In this document: in pieces, positions 1 through 11,795 of the stretch
How the letters are laid out: every line of letters starts with the position of its first letter
Position numbering within the stretch: the first letter of the stretch is position 1
Source of the DNA: Camelus dromedarius
Lineage: Eukaryota
DNA: 64,000 nt
Direction: 5' to 3'
NCBI RefSeq assembly: GCF_036321535.1
Contig: NC_087472.1
Coordinates: 107,818,001 to 107,882,000 of the forward strand
Translations under genes and position numbers: made by a program
Notes under the pieces: model-generated
The model's input: the letters and a program-made list of their open reading frames with translations, nothing else
Told to the model about the DNA's origin: nothing
The model's database searches: none

Positions 1-1574
1 ACAGAAATAACAAACACTGACCTAGCGTTCAGGTTTGGTGGGCTTGGGCCTGGGCGTGGGCAGAGTCACAGTGGTGTAACCGCCTGGATGTCTCTGACGC
101 TGATTCAGCCAGGAGACTTGCCTCGGCCGACAGGCTCTGTTCACACTCTGGTCAGCACACCCGAGGGTCTTGGGAACCTTGAAGGTGATCAACCCAGGGA
201 CCCTCTGGTCCCTCACTCCACTGTCAACCTGCACAGTTCCAACTTAACATGTGACCCCTCAGGTTCTGTGCCCTTAAAGAGCTTCAAAGCTGTGCTATCA
301 AGAGCTGGGTTCTTGGGAGCAAGGCTCGGGAGGGGCAGGGCCCTGGCCCTGGAGCTGGTACCTTCCCCCTCCACCGTCCATGGTGCTGGGTCATCCCAGT
401 TAGACTCAAGGTGGCCGAAAGAAAGCCCTTGGTGATTACTCAGGTTGGGGTTTCATGGTCATGTCTAGCGTGTCACGTCGAATCCTTGAAGGTAAAGACT
501 AGGTCTCACTTCCCTGTGTCCCCAGGGCCTCAAGAGTGGCCGGCACGGAGAGGTCCCTTGCTGTGACTCAGTGAGAAAGGAACACCCGCAGCAAAGAAGG
601 GGGCCCAGAGGGATGAGTGAGCTGGGTTTACAAGAGACGAGCCAGAACGGGACCTAGGCCTCAGTGGCAGGCAGGCAGGCTTTCCAGAAAGGTCATGTCA
701 GGTGAATGCCTGTGCTGTTCAGTCATACTACCTGGGCCCAGAGAGGCCAAAGCCTGGTGAGGAGGCCCTGGTGCCCCTGTGCCCAGCAGCCCTCACCTGC
801 CAGAGTGACCACCCTGCAGCTGGGAAGGTGGCCCAGATGGCCAAGACACCTGGACACACGCAAACGAGGGCACCAGCTCAGCCAGGCCGGGGGGAGGGCT
901 GCCCCAGATGGAGCCTCATGGAGCACTGCACCCTGTCCACTGCGCAGTGGGTCCGCCTAGAAGCCCTCGTGCCACGTGGATAACCGCCTGGGAGGGCAGC
1001 AGGACTGAGGCAGTACTCATCCTGCTGCCCAGTCTTTGGTTAGGAGCTGCAATCAAGGGGAAGCCGAGTGTATGGATCGGAAACCCCACAGGCCTGGACA
1101 GAGACAGGAAGGCTCGCCATGTAGGTTCCTTAACGCTGAACTGAGGAGGCCGGCTGGCCAGTGACAATGCGGGAGTCAGTCCTACAAGCACCAGCCTGGG
1201 CCGATCACACTATGGGGACACAAGGAGCCATGAGACCGAGTGAGGGAGGAGCTTCACACTCACACGGCATACACTGTGCATCCTCCCAGCCTCTCCCACA
1301 CTTAATAACTCCAAGGACAGAAAGCACACTAAGGGAAACTTCATGTCCCCAGTAGTAATGACAATGGCAGGAACACTGAGGGCAGCTAGAACAAAAATGG
1401 GAGAGAGAGAAAATGTGAATCTGAGAGAGGAATGGGTCCCCAGCGGTACTCGATGGAGGAAGGCTGATGAGGAGGCAGAAGAAAGCCAGGAGTGGGGTGG
1501 AGAAGAGATCTAGAACCAAAGGCAGCATGTGAATCTCAGCACCACTGGGGCAGCTCAGCCTCTGTGGGGCGCCC

Positions 1575-1705
1575 TGTGAGTAGTACCCCTGGCTTCCACC
1601 CACCAGATGCCAGGAGCACCTCTCCCAGCTGTGACCATCGAAAATGCCTCCAGACATTACCAAGTGTCCCTGGGAGGCAATACCAGCCCTGGGTGAGAAT
1701 CACTG
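1575..1705 (-). mobile_element. MER20 (hAT-Charlie) fragment
   Basis: Reverse complement resembles the MER20 5' half (cagtgattctca...ggacacttggtaatgtctggaggcatttt). Confidence 0.8.
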
Positions 1706-2191
1706 CTCTCAACAACTCCACAAAGAAGGCCGGCATAGTCAAGGACCATTTATTTTAGCTGTAGTCTTTGCATTAGTTTCTCCCTTCACAAAGCTCAAAT
1801 CAAATCAAATCACATGCATAAGACAAAATGAAGTTAAGGCAACCACTTGGGCATTTACTGTTCCAAGAACTAGTTAAGTTGCATTTTGCAAAAAACAATC
1901 TTCTCATTTTGAGAGATGTTTCTATTAGTAGACTGCCTGGGAAATTTATTCTTTCTATTAGGTATTAAAACTCTCCATTCAACATATTCCATGCAGTCCT
2001 GAGCAACACACAAGCCAGGTAGCTACATACCTGCTCAGCTAATGGATACTTCAGATGACATTTATAAAATCCAGTTCAATGCTGCTTTGGAGAGTAATAA
2101 CTGTTTCATCTACAGAAAGAGTTCCTAGCATCTTTGAGATCAACATGAAAACTCATTCATATATAATAACTCAAGGTGGCACTCTACTTAC

Positions 2192-2301
2192 TATTTATGT
2201 GGTCCATGTAATAAATTCCAATTTGTTTATCATATACAGTTTCCCATCCTAAAGGAAGTTCATCCCCAACACAATCGGCAAAGGTCAATGGCTTTGTTAT
2301 C
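2192..2301 (-). CDS. WWC3: WWC3 coding exon 2 (WW domain 2)
   Basis: 110 nt exon encoding (R)[36 protein letters not shown]. Acceptor ataattttattttgcag|G with a CTGAC branch-like motif about 35 nt upstream; donor A|GTAAGT. CG from exon 1 plus G gives CGG (Arg), so the join is in frame. Confidence 0.97.
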
Positions 2302-4414
2302 CTGCAAAATAAAATTATGAAAGCAAATTTGAAAGTCAGGTCAATTTCATGTAAGTTTGCTGAATCAATTCTAGAATTTGATTTTAACACAAAAATCATA
2401 TATTATCTACTTGCTTTTGCTCCAACTATTTGGTTGGAAAATTAGTTCACTGGCTTTGCCTAAGTAATATCAGTACACTCACAGTTTTTTGTTTTTTTTT
2501 TTACTATCTCAAAATACAGATTTAAATGCCAGCGAAAACAGATATTGACAGTTACAAAACAGGTAAAACAAGCATCTTCTTCCAAGCGGTATGTTTAATG
2601 AGGTGACGACAATGGAATGTGGCTCTGCCACAACAATAGGCGAGCACCTCTGTTTTGTTCTCATTCCCTGCCAAATGTTCCCCCTTCACAACTTCCGGTT
2701 TCTGTGCATTATACCCTACTCTATCTAAAATGTATTTGGTAAGTTTCATCTACCAGTGGTCAGAAGTTAAGGAGTTAAACATTAACCATGGACCAAATGC
2801 AAAAAGCCAAACAAGCACGGGAACAATACAAGGGGACGCCTACTAAACACTGCCCTGTATTCCTTATGCAGTGGGAATCAGAAATTGCAAAGGGTCCTCT
2901 TTGTTTTCTGGAGAAAAACAACAAAAGCACATTGTCTACAGATCTCTCTCCTTAAAGTCCATCTGATCAAGGACCCTTGGCTTGACACAGATAGATAAAG
3001 GAGAGGTTTTCCAGATAGGTTTCTTTAAGGAGAGCCTCCCCTCCCCTAGACGTCATGATCACACTGACTGACAAGACAGCTGTCATAAAACAGGCCGCAC
3101 CAATAATTGTCTGAGTCTGGGCAGCTATCTATTCAGTTCTCTTTATAAACGCATACTGACTGGTATGCATGGGAATCTGATAACCTAAATTTCACTAACT
3201 CAATCTTCCCACATCTCTGTTCAAGTCCCTGGCTCCAGGAAAGTGAGATACCATAACCACAGCCAAACCCGACAAGACCAGTATGAATTTCCAACACGTT
3301 ATTTCCCCAAACTGGTTCGACAAGACTCTGTCTCTCCAAGTAGCATTCAGAAACTGACAAACACCATTAGGACGGCACTGACTGAACTCGTCTTCATTTT
3401 AAACATATGGTTTTAAGAAGTGCCAGTCAGTATCAAAACAGAAATACATATGTAGAAGGTAAAATACACCATGGAAATCCTCTCACATACGATGCACTCA
3501 AAACCCACAACATCACAAGATGAGCCTACTGTGTACTGTCTGTCCGTCCCCGAAACACCAACCACAGCACAATCCCTTTACAGGTCAGTAATGGTGTGGT
3601 AGTGGCATGGTTCCAAGTCACACAGGTAACAGCAGGGTGTTGTGCACGATTCAAGTCCTAAACAGGATCACACCACAACAAAAACAATGCTACTTTAAGA
3701 GAAACTGAGTCCTGAGCATATCTCTGCTATTCCAGACTCCCGTATAAGCCTACAGAAGAATACCCAAGCACAGGCGCATTCTAAGCATGTTTACATATGT
3801 GATCTCATTTAGTCAACAAATACTGGTGGGAAGACAGAACTGACAGCACTGCTGAGCCCAATTCACTTACTTTACAATTCAGAACTGTTCTAGAACTATT
3901 GCAAGTTCAGAGTTTTCCATTTCCTATCCAATAAACACTGCAAGTAATTAAAATAACACTTCCACACTCTTTGTTCTAAAAATAAACAGATATACTATCA
4001 TTTTGGTGAATTTTATTTTGGCTCGATACAGAATCCATGAATCTCTGATTCCACTTCCTCTCTAAAGAAAGCCTGGATTTTGCACGATCATCCACAGACT
4101 CAGTACTTCGAAGCCAGCTGACGAGAAGTCACGCTTCTCGGGGCCCAGCTCACACCAAGAGCGAGAAGTTACCAAGTCCTTGCCGTGGATCTCCTCAGGC
4201 CGTGGGGCTCACACTTTGAGCCTGCTAACTCACTTGATGGCAGTGTGAACGGGCTCAACGATACAGATGTCCAGCTCCCAAAAGACAGAAGTAGTAAACT
4301 AGAAGGCAAGGACAGGGATCCCTCGGGCAGGAAGAACGCAGCAGGGAGAAGCACATAAACCCACTCACCGCTTTCATCCACTACACCGTGAGACACGCTC
4401 ACGTGCAGCAGGAC

Positions 4415-4942
4415 ACCCATGGCGGCCCGCTCCTAAGCGGCTCCCAATGCGTCCTGCCTCCCGGTGTTCACATCCTCACATGCCCCGCCCCCCCAAAGAG
4501 GGCTCTGCTGTGCAAGCGACAGGATATTGTGGAAATGACAGTATGTGGCCTCCGGGGTGAAGTATAAGACATCATACTTCCACCTTATTTTCTTGGATCG
4601 CCAGCTTTGGGGGAAACCAGCAGCCATGTGGTGAGACCACTCAAGCAGCCCAGTGGAGAGACCCACATAAGGAAGAATGTGGCCTCTGGCCAACAGCCAG
4701 CGCCAATCTCCCAGTCATAGGAATTAATCACCTTGGAAGTGGACCCACCAGCCCCAGTCAAACCTTCAGATGTCTGCAGCCCACCGGTATCTTGACCACA
4801 ATACCCCCATGAGACCCCAAGTAAGGCCCGCCAGCCAAACTGCTCCTGCACCACAGAAACTGCGGGACTGAACGCACACTGTCATTTGAAGCCACTAAGT
4901 TTCAGGGTAATTTGTGTGAGGCAGCAATAGAAAACTAATAAA
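4415..4942 (+). mobile_element. MaLR LTR, MLT1F-like
   Basis: ttgggggaaaccagcagccatgtggtgag...gaagtggacccaccagccccagtcaaaccttcagatg...gcagcaatagaaaactaata. Confidence 0.75.
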
Positions 4943-6489
4943 ATATCTGAGTCCTAACGCCCCTTCCTAGTTCATCAGATGCGGAAGTGGACATTTGTAG
5001 TGATGGCCCAGGCTACCCACTATTAGGAAGCAGTGAGATGTAGAGGAGGCCTTTTGTCTTATTCCAGAACATTAAAATAGACACATATGCTGCTCTTCTG
5101 ACTTGTCTACCTATTTATCAGGATGACACACCTGCCAGACTTCCAGACAGGTGTCACTTCAGTGCACAAGGGCAAATTTTGGCATGATTTTCAATAACAG
5201 CATGGAGAATGTCTAAATTTATTATCCTCATTATCATTCCAAAGTATTTATGAGACAAAGACTTCGTGGTTTTCTGTTGTCCAGCACATGCCACCATGAA
5301 TATTCACAACTGTACCAGTATCAAAATGATGATTTTTCTCCCAAGAAAGGTGCTGGTGGGGAACATGACTTCAGTAATGGGTAAATCACTTCAGATGAGT
5401 TATCCGGTTTCAGAATCTATTTGAGCCCACTGCTACAATGAGGAGAGCTGAATAAATCTTGGCTCCCTTTTATTGTCAGAAGGGCAGTATCTGGGAGTCT
5501 GGAACAGTAGAGTTCTTTTGGTGTTAGCTTTTCAGCAAGGAGTGCTATCTGGATGTTGCTGGCTAAAAAGCCTGATTCCTGCATGGCAGGGTGAGGCCTG
5601 GAGCCACCCAGGAGAGATCTCAGACTTGGCTGGGACAATCAGCACCCTCAGCAAGCTGGTGGACTTTGTCCTGGACAATCTTGTGACCCCTCATCCTGCC
5701 AATGGTCATCCCTCCAACTGCGTGGAGACGCTGACATCCAATGTCTCTTCCTCAAGCACAGTGGTCTCTACAAAAGTGCGCAGCATTGAGTTGGCCAGGG
5801 GAAAGCGCCAGACTGGTGTTCCCATGCCCCTCAAGGCAAGCCCAAGGTCCCGCCTTCACCCATAGGTATGCCAGTCCAGGTTCTTGAGTTCTCATCTCCC
5901 CAAAAACTTGATGCTAGATCTTCCCCACTAACTCCTTCCCACAGTCACCACACACAGACTCCAGGGCATTTTTGTCTCTACTACACACAGTTTAGGAAAC
6001 ATACCTCAGTAGGAGACAGATGGCCATTCACAGAACCACTCAAATACAACCATTATTCCTATTTTGGTGTGTTTTCCTCATCTTTTTTCTGTGTTCCCTT
6101 TGTTTTTTTCTGACATAGTCATGATCATACAGTATACACAATTTTCTTTTCTGCCTTTTCCACTTAATTTTGTAACTTATTAATTCATACCTTGAGTCTC
6201 TCCAAAAATTACTGGAGATGGTCTAACACTATAGCCTAAGTATTCCATCCTCCTTGTTATAAATTATTTGTAAACATCACCTGGAATAGGTGAATTAAGC
6301 TCCTTGTGAACAATTACCCTGTCTCAACTGTCTCTGACCCCTCCAGCACCTGGTCTAAGAATAAATAACCTGTATTTCCACAAACAGTTTGCTAAGCGGA
6401 TCAGTATAATTTACCTAAGCCCTCCCCTACTATTGACAGCTACATTATTTCCTAACTTCTACTAGTATAAATACTCATGAGAGCTGCTC

Positions 6490-7055
6490 TGGGAAACAGG
6501 TCGGTAATTTCTCAAATACTTGAACAGAGTTTCCATATGAGCCAGTAACTGTACCCCCAAGAGAAATGAAAACATATGTCCACACCAAAGAATGTCCACG
6601 GCAGAGTTATTCACAATAGCCAGAAGATGAAAACAACTAAGAGCCACCAATTGATGAAAGGGTAAATAAAGCATACAATGGAATATTATTTGACCATAAC
6701 AAAACAATTAAGTACTGACACCCGCTACAATAGGAATGGACGTTGAAGTCACTGTGCTAGGTGAAAGAAGCCAGACACAAAAGGTTACATGTTATATGGG
6801 TCCGTCTATAAGGAACATCCAGAATAGGCAACTCACAGAGACGGAAGGTAGATCAGTGGTTGTCAGGGGTTGGAGATAAAGATGGAATGGGGAGTGACTG
6901 CTAGTAGGTACGGGGCTTCCTTTAGGGGTGATAAAAATGTTCTGGAATTAGATAGTGCTTGATGGTTGTGCAACTGTAATTATATTAAAAACTAGTAAAC
7001 TGTACTCTTCAAATGGTGACTTTTATGTTATATGTGACATATCTCAATTTTTAAA
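6490..7055 (+). mobile_element. L1MB-type LINE-1 3' end
   Basis: gaaatgaaaacatatgtccacac...aaagaagccagacacaaaagg...aatgttctggaattagatagtg...atctcaatttttaaaa. Confidence 0.85.
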
Positions 7056-8289
7056 ACTATGATAAAAGGAACATCTCTGTGAATAAAGCTCATAGTCTGT
7101 ATTTACAATTACTTTCTTTGAAAGACTCCCAGAAGTAAATTTACAAGGTTGAAGGATATGATGCTCTTTTCTCCTTATCTTAAATTCAATGCAAAAAATT
7201 CAGACAGTACAGTATAAAGAACAGGAAATAAAATCATCTATAATCCAGAAGTCCTGGATTCATGTTTTAGCTTATTTTCCTACATTTTTCCCACAGCTGA
7301 TATCATACCAGATACAGCTTCATACACTGATTTTTTTCATTTGTGTATTTCCTTATGTTCTTTGAGTCTTTGTCAGCATCGCTTTCTATCATGTTAGAAG
7401 CTACCATCATATGCAGTAAACCATAACTTTTTTACCAGGCACCTCAAGTCATCTATTCAAGTACATTCCAATTTTCTGCATTTTACTGTAGATAATGGAT
7501 ACAAGCTTAGAGTAAACATCTGATAAACACTTCAAAGTGCTTTACCACCAGCATACACTCCTACTGGCGACCCAAGAATTGGTCTTTCTCATCACCCTCT
7601 GGGGATACTCTGAATGCATTTGTTCAAGGGCTCGGGATAAATCTGTATGGCATGAGCAGGCTCCACTTTCAAGGATCAAGGTGGTAGGGAGTAGAGCATA
7701 AGTTTCATAACATCTTCAGAATGTGGGAAGTTGCACAATGAACTGAGAAGCAGGGCCCCCGGCGTTCCCACGCGTCAGCACTGACGACGTTATCTTATGG
7801 CCCCCGGGCCAGCTCTCACCAGGGCTGGTCCTCCTATCAGAGCAGCATCCAACGGACAGTAGCCGGCTCTCCCCGCCCTCAACCACCACTTAGAGATATT
7901 CCCATCACAGATTCTCTCCTTAACAAATGGCTCCTCTCGGCCTCAGCAGAGGAAATGAATTTGTTTTGCTTGTTGTTCTGATGACCAGTGTTGGTCCACG
8001 AGATGGGGCTGAGGAGACGGACATCAGCTTCTTTTTGTTCCCTTTTGCCCGTTGCATCCTGCCAGGCTCTTTAAGAAGTGGCACTGGTGTTGATTATTTT
8101 CACTTTTTTATTTCACTTTTTGAACAGTGTATTACTGCTGTATGTTTGGAGTCTTCAAATGTGATTTTAAAACAATTTTTTAAGACATTAAGGAGAGAGA
8201 CAATACATGTCTTCAGAACACACACACACACACACAGAAGTGGCACTGGGCTACTTCAGTCAGTGCCAGTTCCAAGAGAGCCATTTATG

Positions 8290-8365
8290 CCATGAAACCT
8301 CGGACAAGTCATTCCTTCTCCCTCTGGGCCTGCCTCAGTTTCCTCATCTTTCAAATGGGGGTGAT
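8290..8365 (+). mobile_element. MIR core fragment
   Basis: ggacaagtca...ctctgggcctgcctcagtttcctcatctttcaaatgggg. Confidence 0.65.
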
Positions 8366-8483
8366 CCAACAAACCTCATGGGCCCTGTCAGCTGGGTGCA
8401 GCCGCTTCAGTCCCAGCCCAAAGACCAGCTCCACCCGCTCCCTTTCCTGCTCCCCCTCATTCTCCAGCAGCCCTGCTTCAGAC

Positions 8484-8960
8484 TGGATTAGTTTCCTTTT
8501 GCTGCTGTGACAAATGACCACCAACTTGGTGGTCCTTTAGCATCTAGCAGCTCTGGAGATCAGAAGTCCAGACTGATTTCACTGAACTAAAACCAAAGCA
8601 GCAGTAAGTCCACATTCCCTCTGGAGGTTCCAAGGGAGAATCGGTTCTCCGGTCCAGCTTCTGAAGACTTCCTGGCACGCCGTGGCAGCTCCTTCCATCT
8701 TCCAAGCCAGCCATGGCCGGCTGAGTCTTTCTCAGGAGGCCATCCCTCTGGGTTTCCCTCCTCTGCCTCCTACTTCCACTCACAAAGACCCTCAGGATTA
8801 CATTAGGCCTGCCCAGACACTCCAGGATAACCTCCCCATTGCAAGATTCTTTATTTAGTCACATCTGCAAAGTCCCTTCCACCTATGGCAGGTAACACAC
8901 TCACATGTTCCAGGGGTTAGGACGCGGACATCCTGGGAGGCCATGACTCTGCCAACCACA
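8484..8960 (-). mobile_element. MaLR LTR, MLT1C/D-like
   Basis: gattagtttccttttgctgctgtgacaaatgaccac...gtcacatctgcaaagtccctt...ctctgccaaccaca. Confidence 0.8.
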
Positions 8961-9214
8961 GACACCCCCAGAGAGACCGCGGGGCCGGGGGTGGGCAAAG
9001 CAGGAGGCCGCAGTCAGCGCCTCGAGAGCCTTGCCCTCCCTCCCAGCCGGGTTCATATCTAACACCGACTATCACACACTGCAGAAAAGTAAAGGTGGGC
9101 AGCGGAAGGTGAGAGCAGGGAGAAGAGGGTAAAGTATGAACGCTGATTTTTTTTTCAATCCGTGAAGGCAAATGAATTGATTTAGATGATATACAATCTT
9201 TCTAATAGTGAAAT

Positions 9215-9415
9215 TGCTTTTTTTAATTGAGGTAACACTGGTTTATAACATTATGTAAGTTCCATGCACACATATTTCGACTTCTGCAGACACAACAGCG
9301 TGCTCACCACCGTAAGTTTAGCTTCCTGCCGTCACGGCACAGCTGCCCTCCCTTACCCATGAAGCTCCCCAACTCCTTCCCCTCTGGCAACCAGAACTCT
9401 GTTCTCTGTATCTAC
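9215..9415 (-). mobile_element. LINE-1 3' UTR fragment
   Basis: T-rich start ttttttaattgaggtaacactggtttataacattat, followed by cccctctggcaaccag...ctctgtatct. Confidence 0.7.
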
Positions 9416-10511
9416 ACATAAACACTGATTCTGAACATATTTCCTTTATCAAAAGGAGGCCAGGGTAATCCTCTGGTGCCTAGATTATACTTTCCAGTCT
9501 CCCAGAACATCTTTATATTTCCAACTCATGCTTGTTTTTAATATGCAATTCAGAGAGGATACTATTCACGTCAATCTCATTCCAAACCAATCCTCAAGAA
9601 ATTATGGTGAGTCCCTTCACCTTTTCTGACACACCTGGCTCACAGTGAGTTCCAGAGCCCGCCAGAACACGGACTGCAATCTCTTTGTCCTCATTTACAT
9701 ACTGAATTAGACCCTGTTTGCTGTCCTAGTGCTTCTCCAGCTTCAATGCTGGAGCACTGACACTTGAGGGCCAGGTTCTCACCTGGCAGTGAGCAGGTCC
9801 CCGACCTCCCTGAAATGACACAGGAATGTTGATGAGCACAGTCCAGGGCTGTCAGCAGATTCCCTGAGATGGCAGTTACCCCTGAAAAGAAGTTGAGAAG
9901 CTCTTCTAGAAAGAGTCCTCATTTCTGTCAAGTTTAAAACAGCACTGAATGTACCATAAACCTGCCACATTAGTCCTGAAAAGGCAAATAGTCACATTTA
10001 TTATTTACTTAGAACACGCGTATACTTGACCTGGCGAGTGTCACCTAATCCCAATTCTAGAATTTTGGGTAAAGAGTAATAATACTAGAACTCAGTCTAA
10101 ACATCACAATCAGCATTTCAGTGTATTCACGTAGCATGAATGACCTGATTTTAGTAAAAAGTCTTAGAATTATTCTTGAATTACATTCGTGATTTCCATG
10201 TGAAAAGATTAAGACTTCTTCAGAATAAAAAAAAAGTTATATATCATCAGTCTTTACACTGACTCCAAGACAAAACTAACAGTTATGGTTCATGGACAAA
10301 TTCCCAGGCTGATGTGAAGCACAAACACATCTCAGGGAAAAAGGAGACATGGGGTTTATGAACAGCAGTGAATCCACAAGACGACAAATGACCACAGAGG
10401 ATTGGAGGTGGGTGAACCCCTTTCCCTGAGTAGCACAAGACCACATTTGCAGACCTCCAGTCTCCACCGTCTTTGATTTAAAAAACAACAGGCCTGAGGG
10501 TTGTGGAGGCA

Positions 10512-10598
10512 GGGAGGAGAGAGCAGAGCTCAGTGGTAGAGTGCCTGCTTAGCAGGCACGAGGTCCCGGGTTCAATCCCCAGTCCCTCTATTAAGTAA
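10512..10598 (+). mobile_element. tRNA-derived camelid SINE (vic-1 type)
   Basis: agctcagtggtagagtgcctgcttagcaggcacgaggtcccgggttcaatccccagt, with Pol III A box and B box; no acceptor stem. Confidence 0.85.
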
Positions 10599-11534
10599 CA
10601 GCTGAGAATCTAGGGTGGACAAAGGCAAGATGTTAGCAAGATGTTCTTTCCTCCAGCAAAGAAAAAAAGTGTCCAAAGACAAACCAATTTAGGAGGTACG
10701 TCAGAAGACCAGCACACTTCCTGGGGGCTCTACTTCCCCAAGGATCCTACTGGTTCTCAGACGGTTCGGACACTGATGAACGGAAGTCACAACACCTGAA
10801 AAAGACCAAGAACTGGTGACTGAAGAAGCATAAGGTCTTTCTCGGTAAGTTTTGTTGACTCATACTGACAATGGACACAGACTGCAAACAAGTTTTTAGA
10901 ACTTTATGGGAGGAAAAACTTCCAACTGAGGCAACTATACTTTAAGCACTTACTAGTGAGGATGAGCCCAGGCAAGTGACTATCTTGCTGTGCCTCAGTT
11001 TTCTCATCTTTACTATGGGGTGGTTGGGGCTGCAAGGCTGTAACCAATATCAAGGTTTTTGGGAACTTACTACATACTCCATAAACATTCATTTTCCTTC
11101 CACGTTATTTTTTTTCCTCTAAAAACTAGGGGAATGTCATTATTGTTCTGATTTAGCAGCATAATACTGTACGAGTTTAAAAGCCTGGGATTCGGGTGCC
11201 AGAATGCAGGGCTGAGCAAGCCAACCACAGGCCAAGATGCAAGTCTACCCCCAAAGGAAACCACACCCAAAGGGGCGTCCGATTGCAGCCATCTGCCTGA
11301 GTGCCTCACCCACGAGGATCCTCCGCCTTGAAAATAACAGAAAAAGAATTTCTCATCAAGCCCATCAAGTGAGCAGTCCCGGGATAAGTGAAAACACTTT
11401 GTTCTTCTCACATAAAAGCTCCAGTGATACAACTTAGAGTAAAATAAAGACAAACTTCAGCCCAGTTGGTGAAAAGAATTCTCTAGGGCAGCACAGGTCA
11501 GCAGAAACGAGGACTACAGACTTAATTACAAAAT

Positions 11535-11795
11535 TTCTAGTAGCCACACTTAAAAGAGTAAGAATAAACAGGTGAGATTATTTTAATAATATTTTCTATC
11601 TAACATGGTACACCCAAAATACTATCAGCTGCACATGTAACAATTATAAAAATTATAAATGAGATATTTTATATCCTTTTTTAGTATGAAGTCTGCAATC
11701 TGGTGTGTGTTTTATACTCCGAGCCCACCTCTCGTCGGGCTCACCATATCTCAGGCGCTCACTTGCCCACGTGGCCGTAGCTACCGCACCGCAGA
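11535..11795. mobile_element. MER33-like hAT element
   Basis: tagtagccacacttaaaagagtaa...acaggtgagattatttttaataatatttt...cacgtggccgtagctaccgcac. Confidence 0.7.

Noticed and set aside
2184-2399. 71 aa ORF as a standalone gene
   Set aside because: Only the 110 nt exon is coding; the rest is intron read-through.
5473-5865. 130 aa protein-looking ORF
   Set aside because: No recognisable family; underlying sequence loosely resembles an L2 fragment.
10512-10598. tRNA gene
   Set aside because: Has A and B boxes but no acceptor stem; matches a tRNA-derived SINE with a second copy at 55.5 kb.
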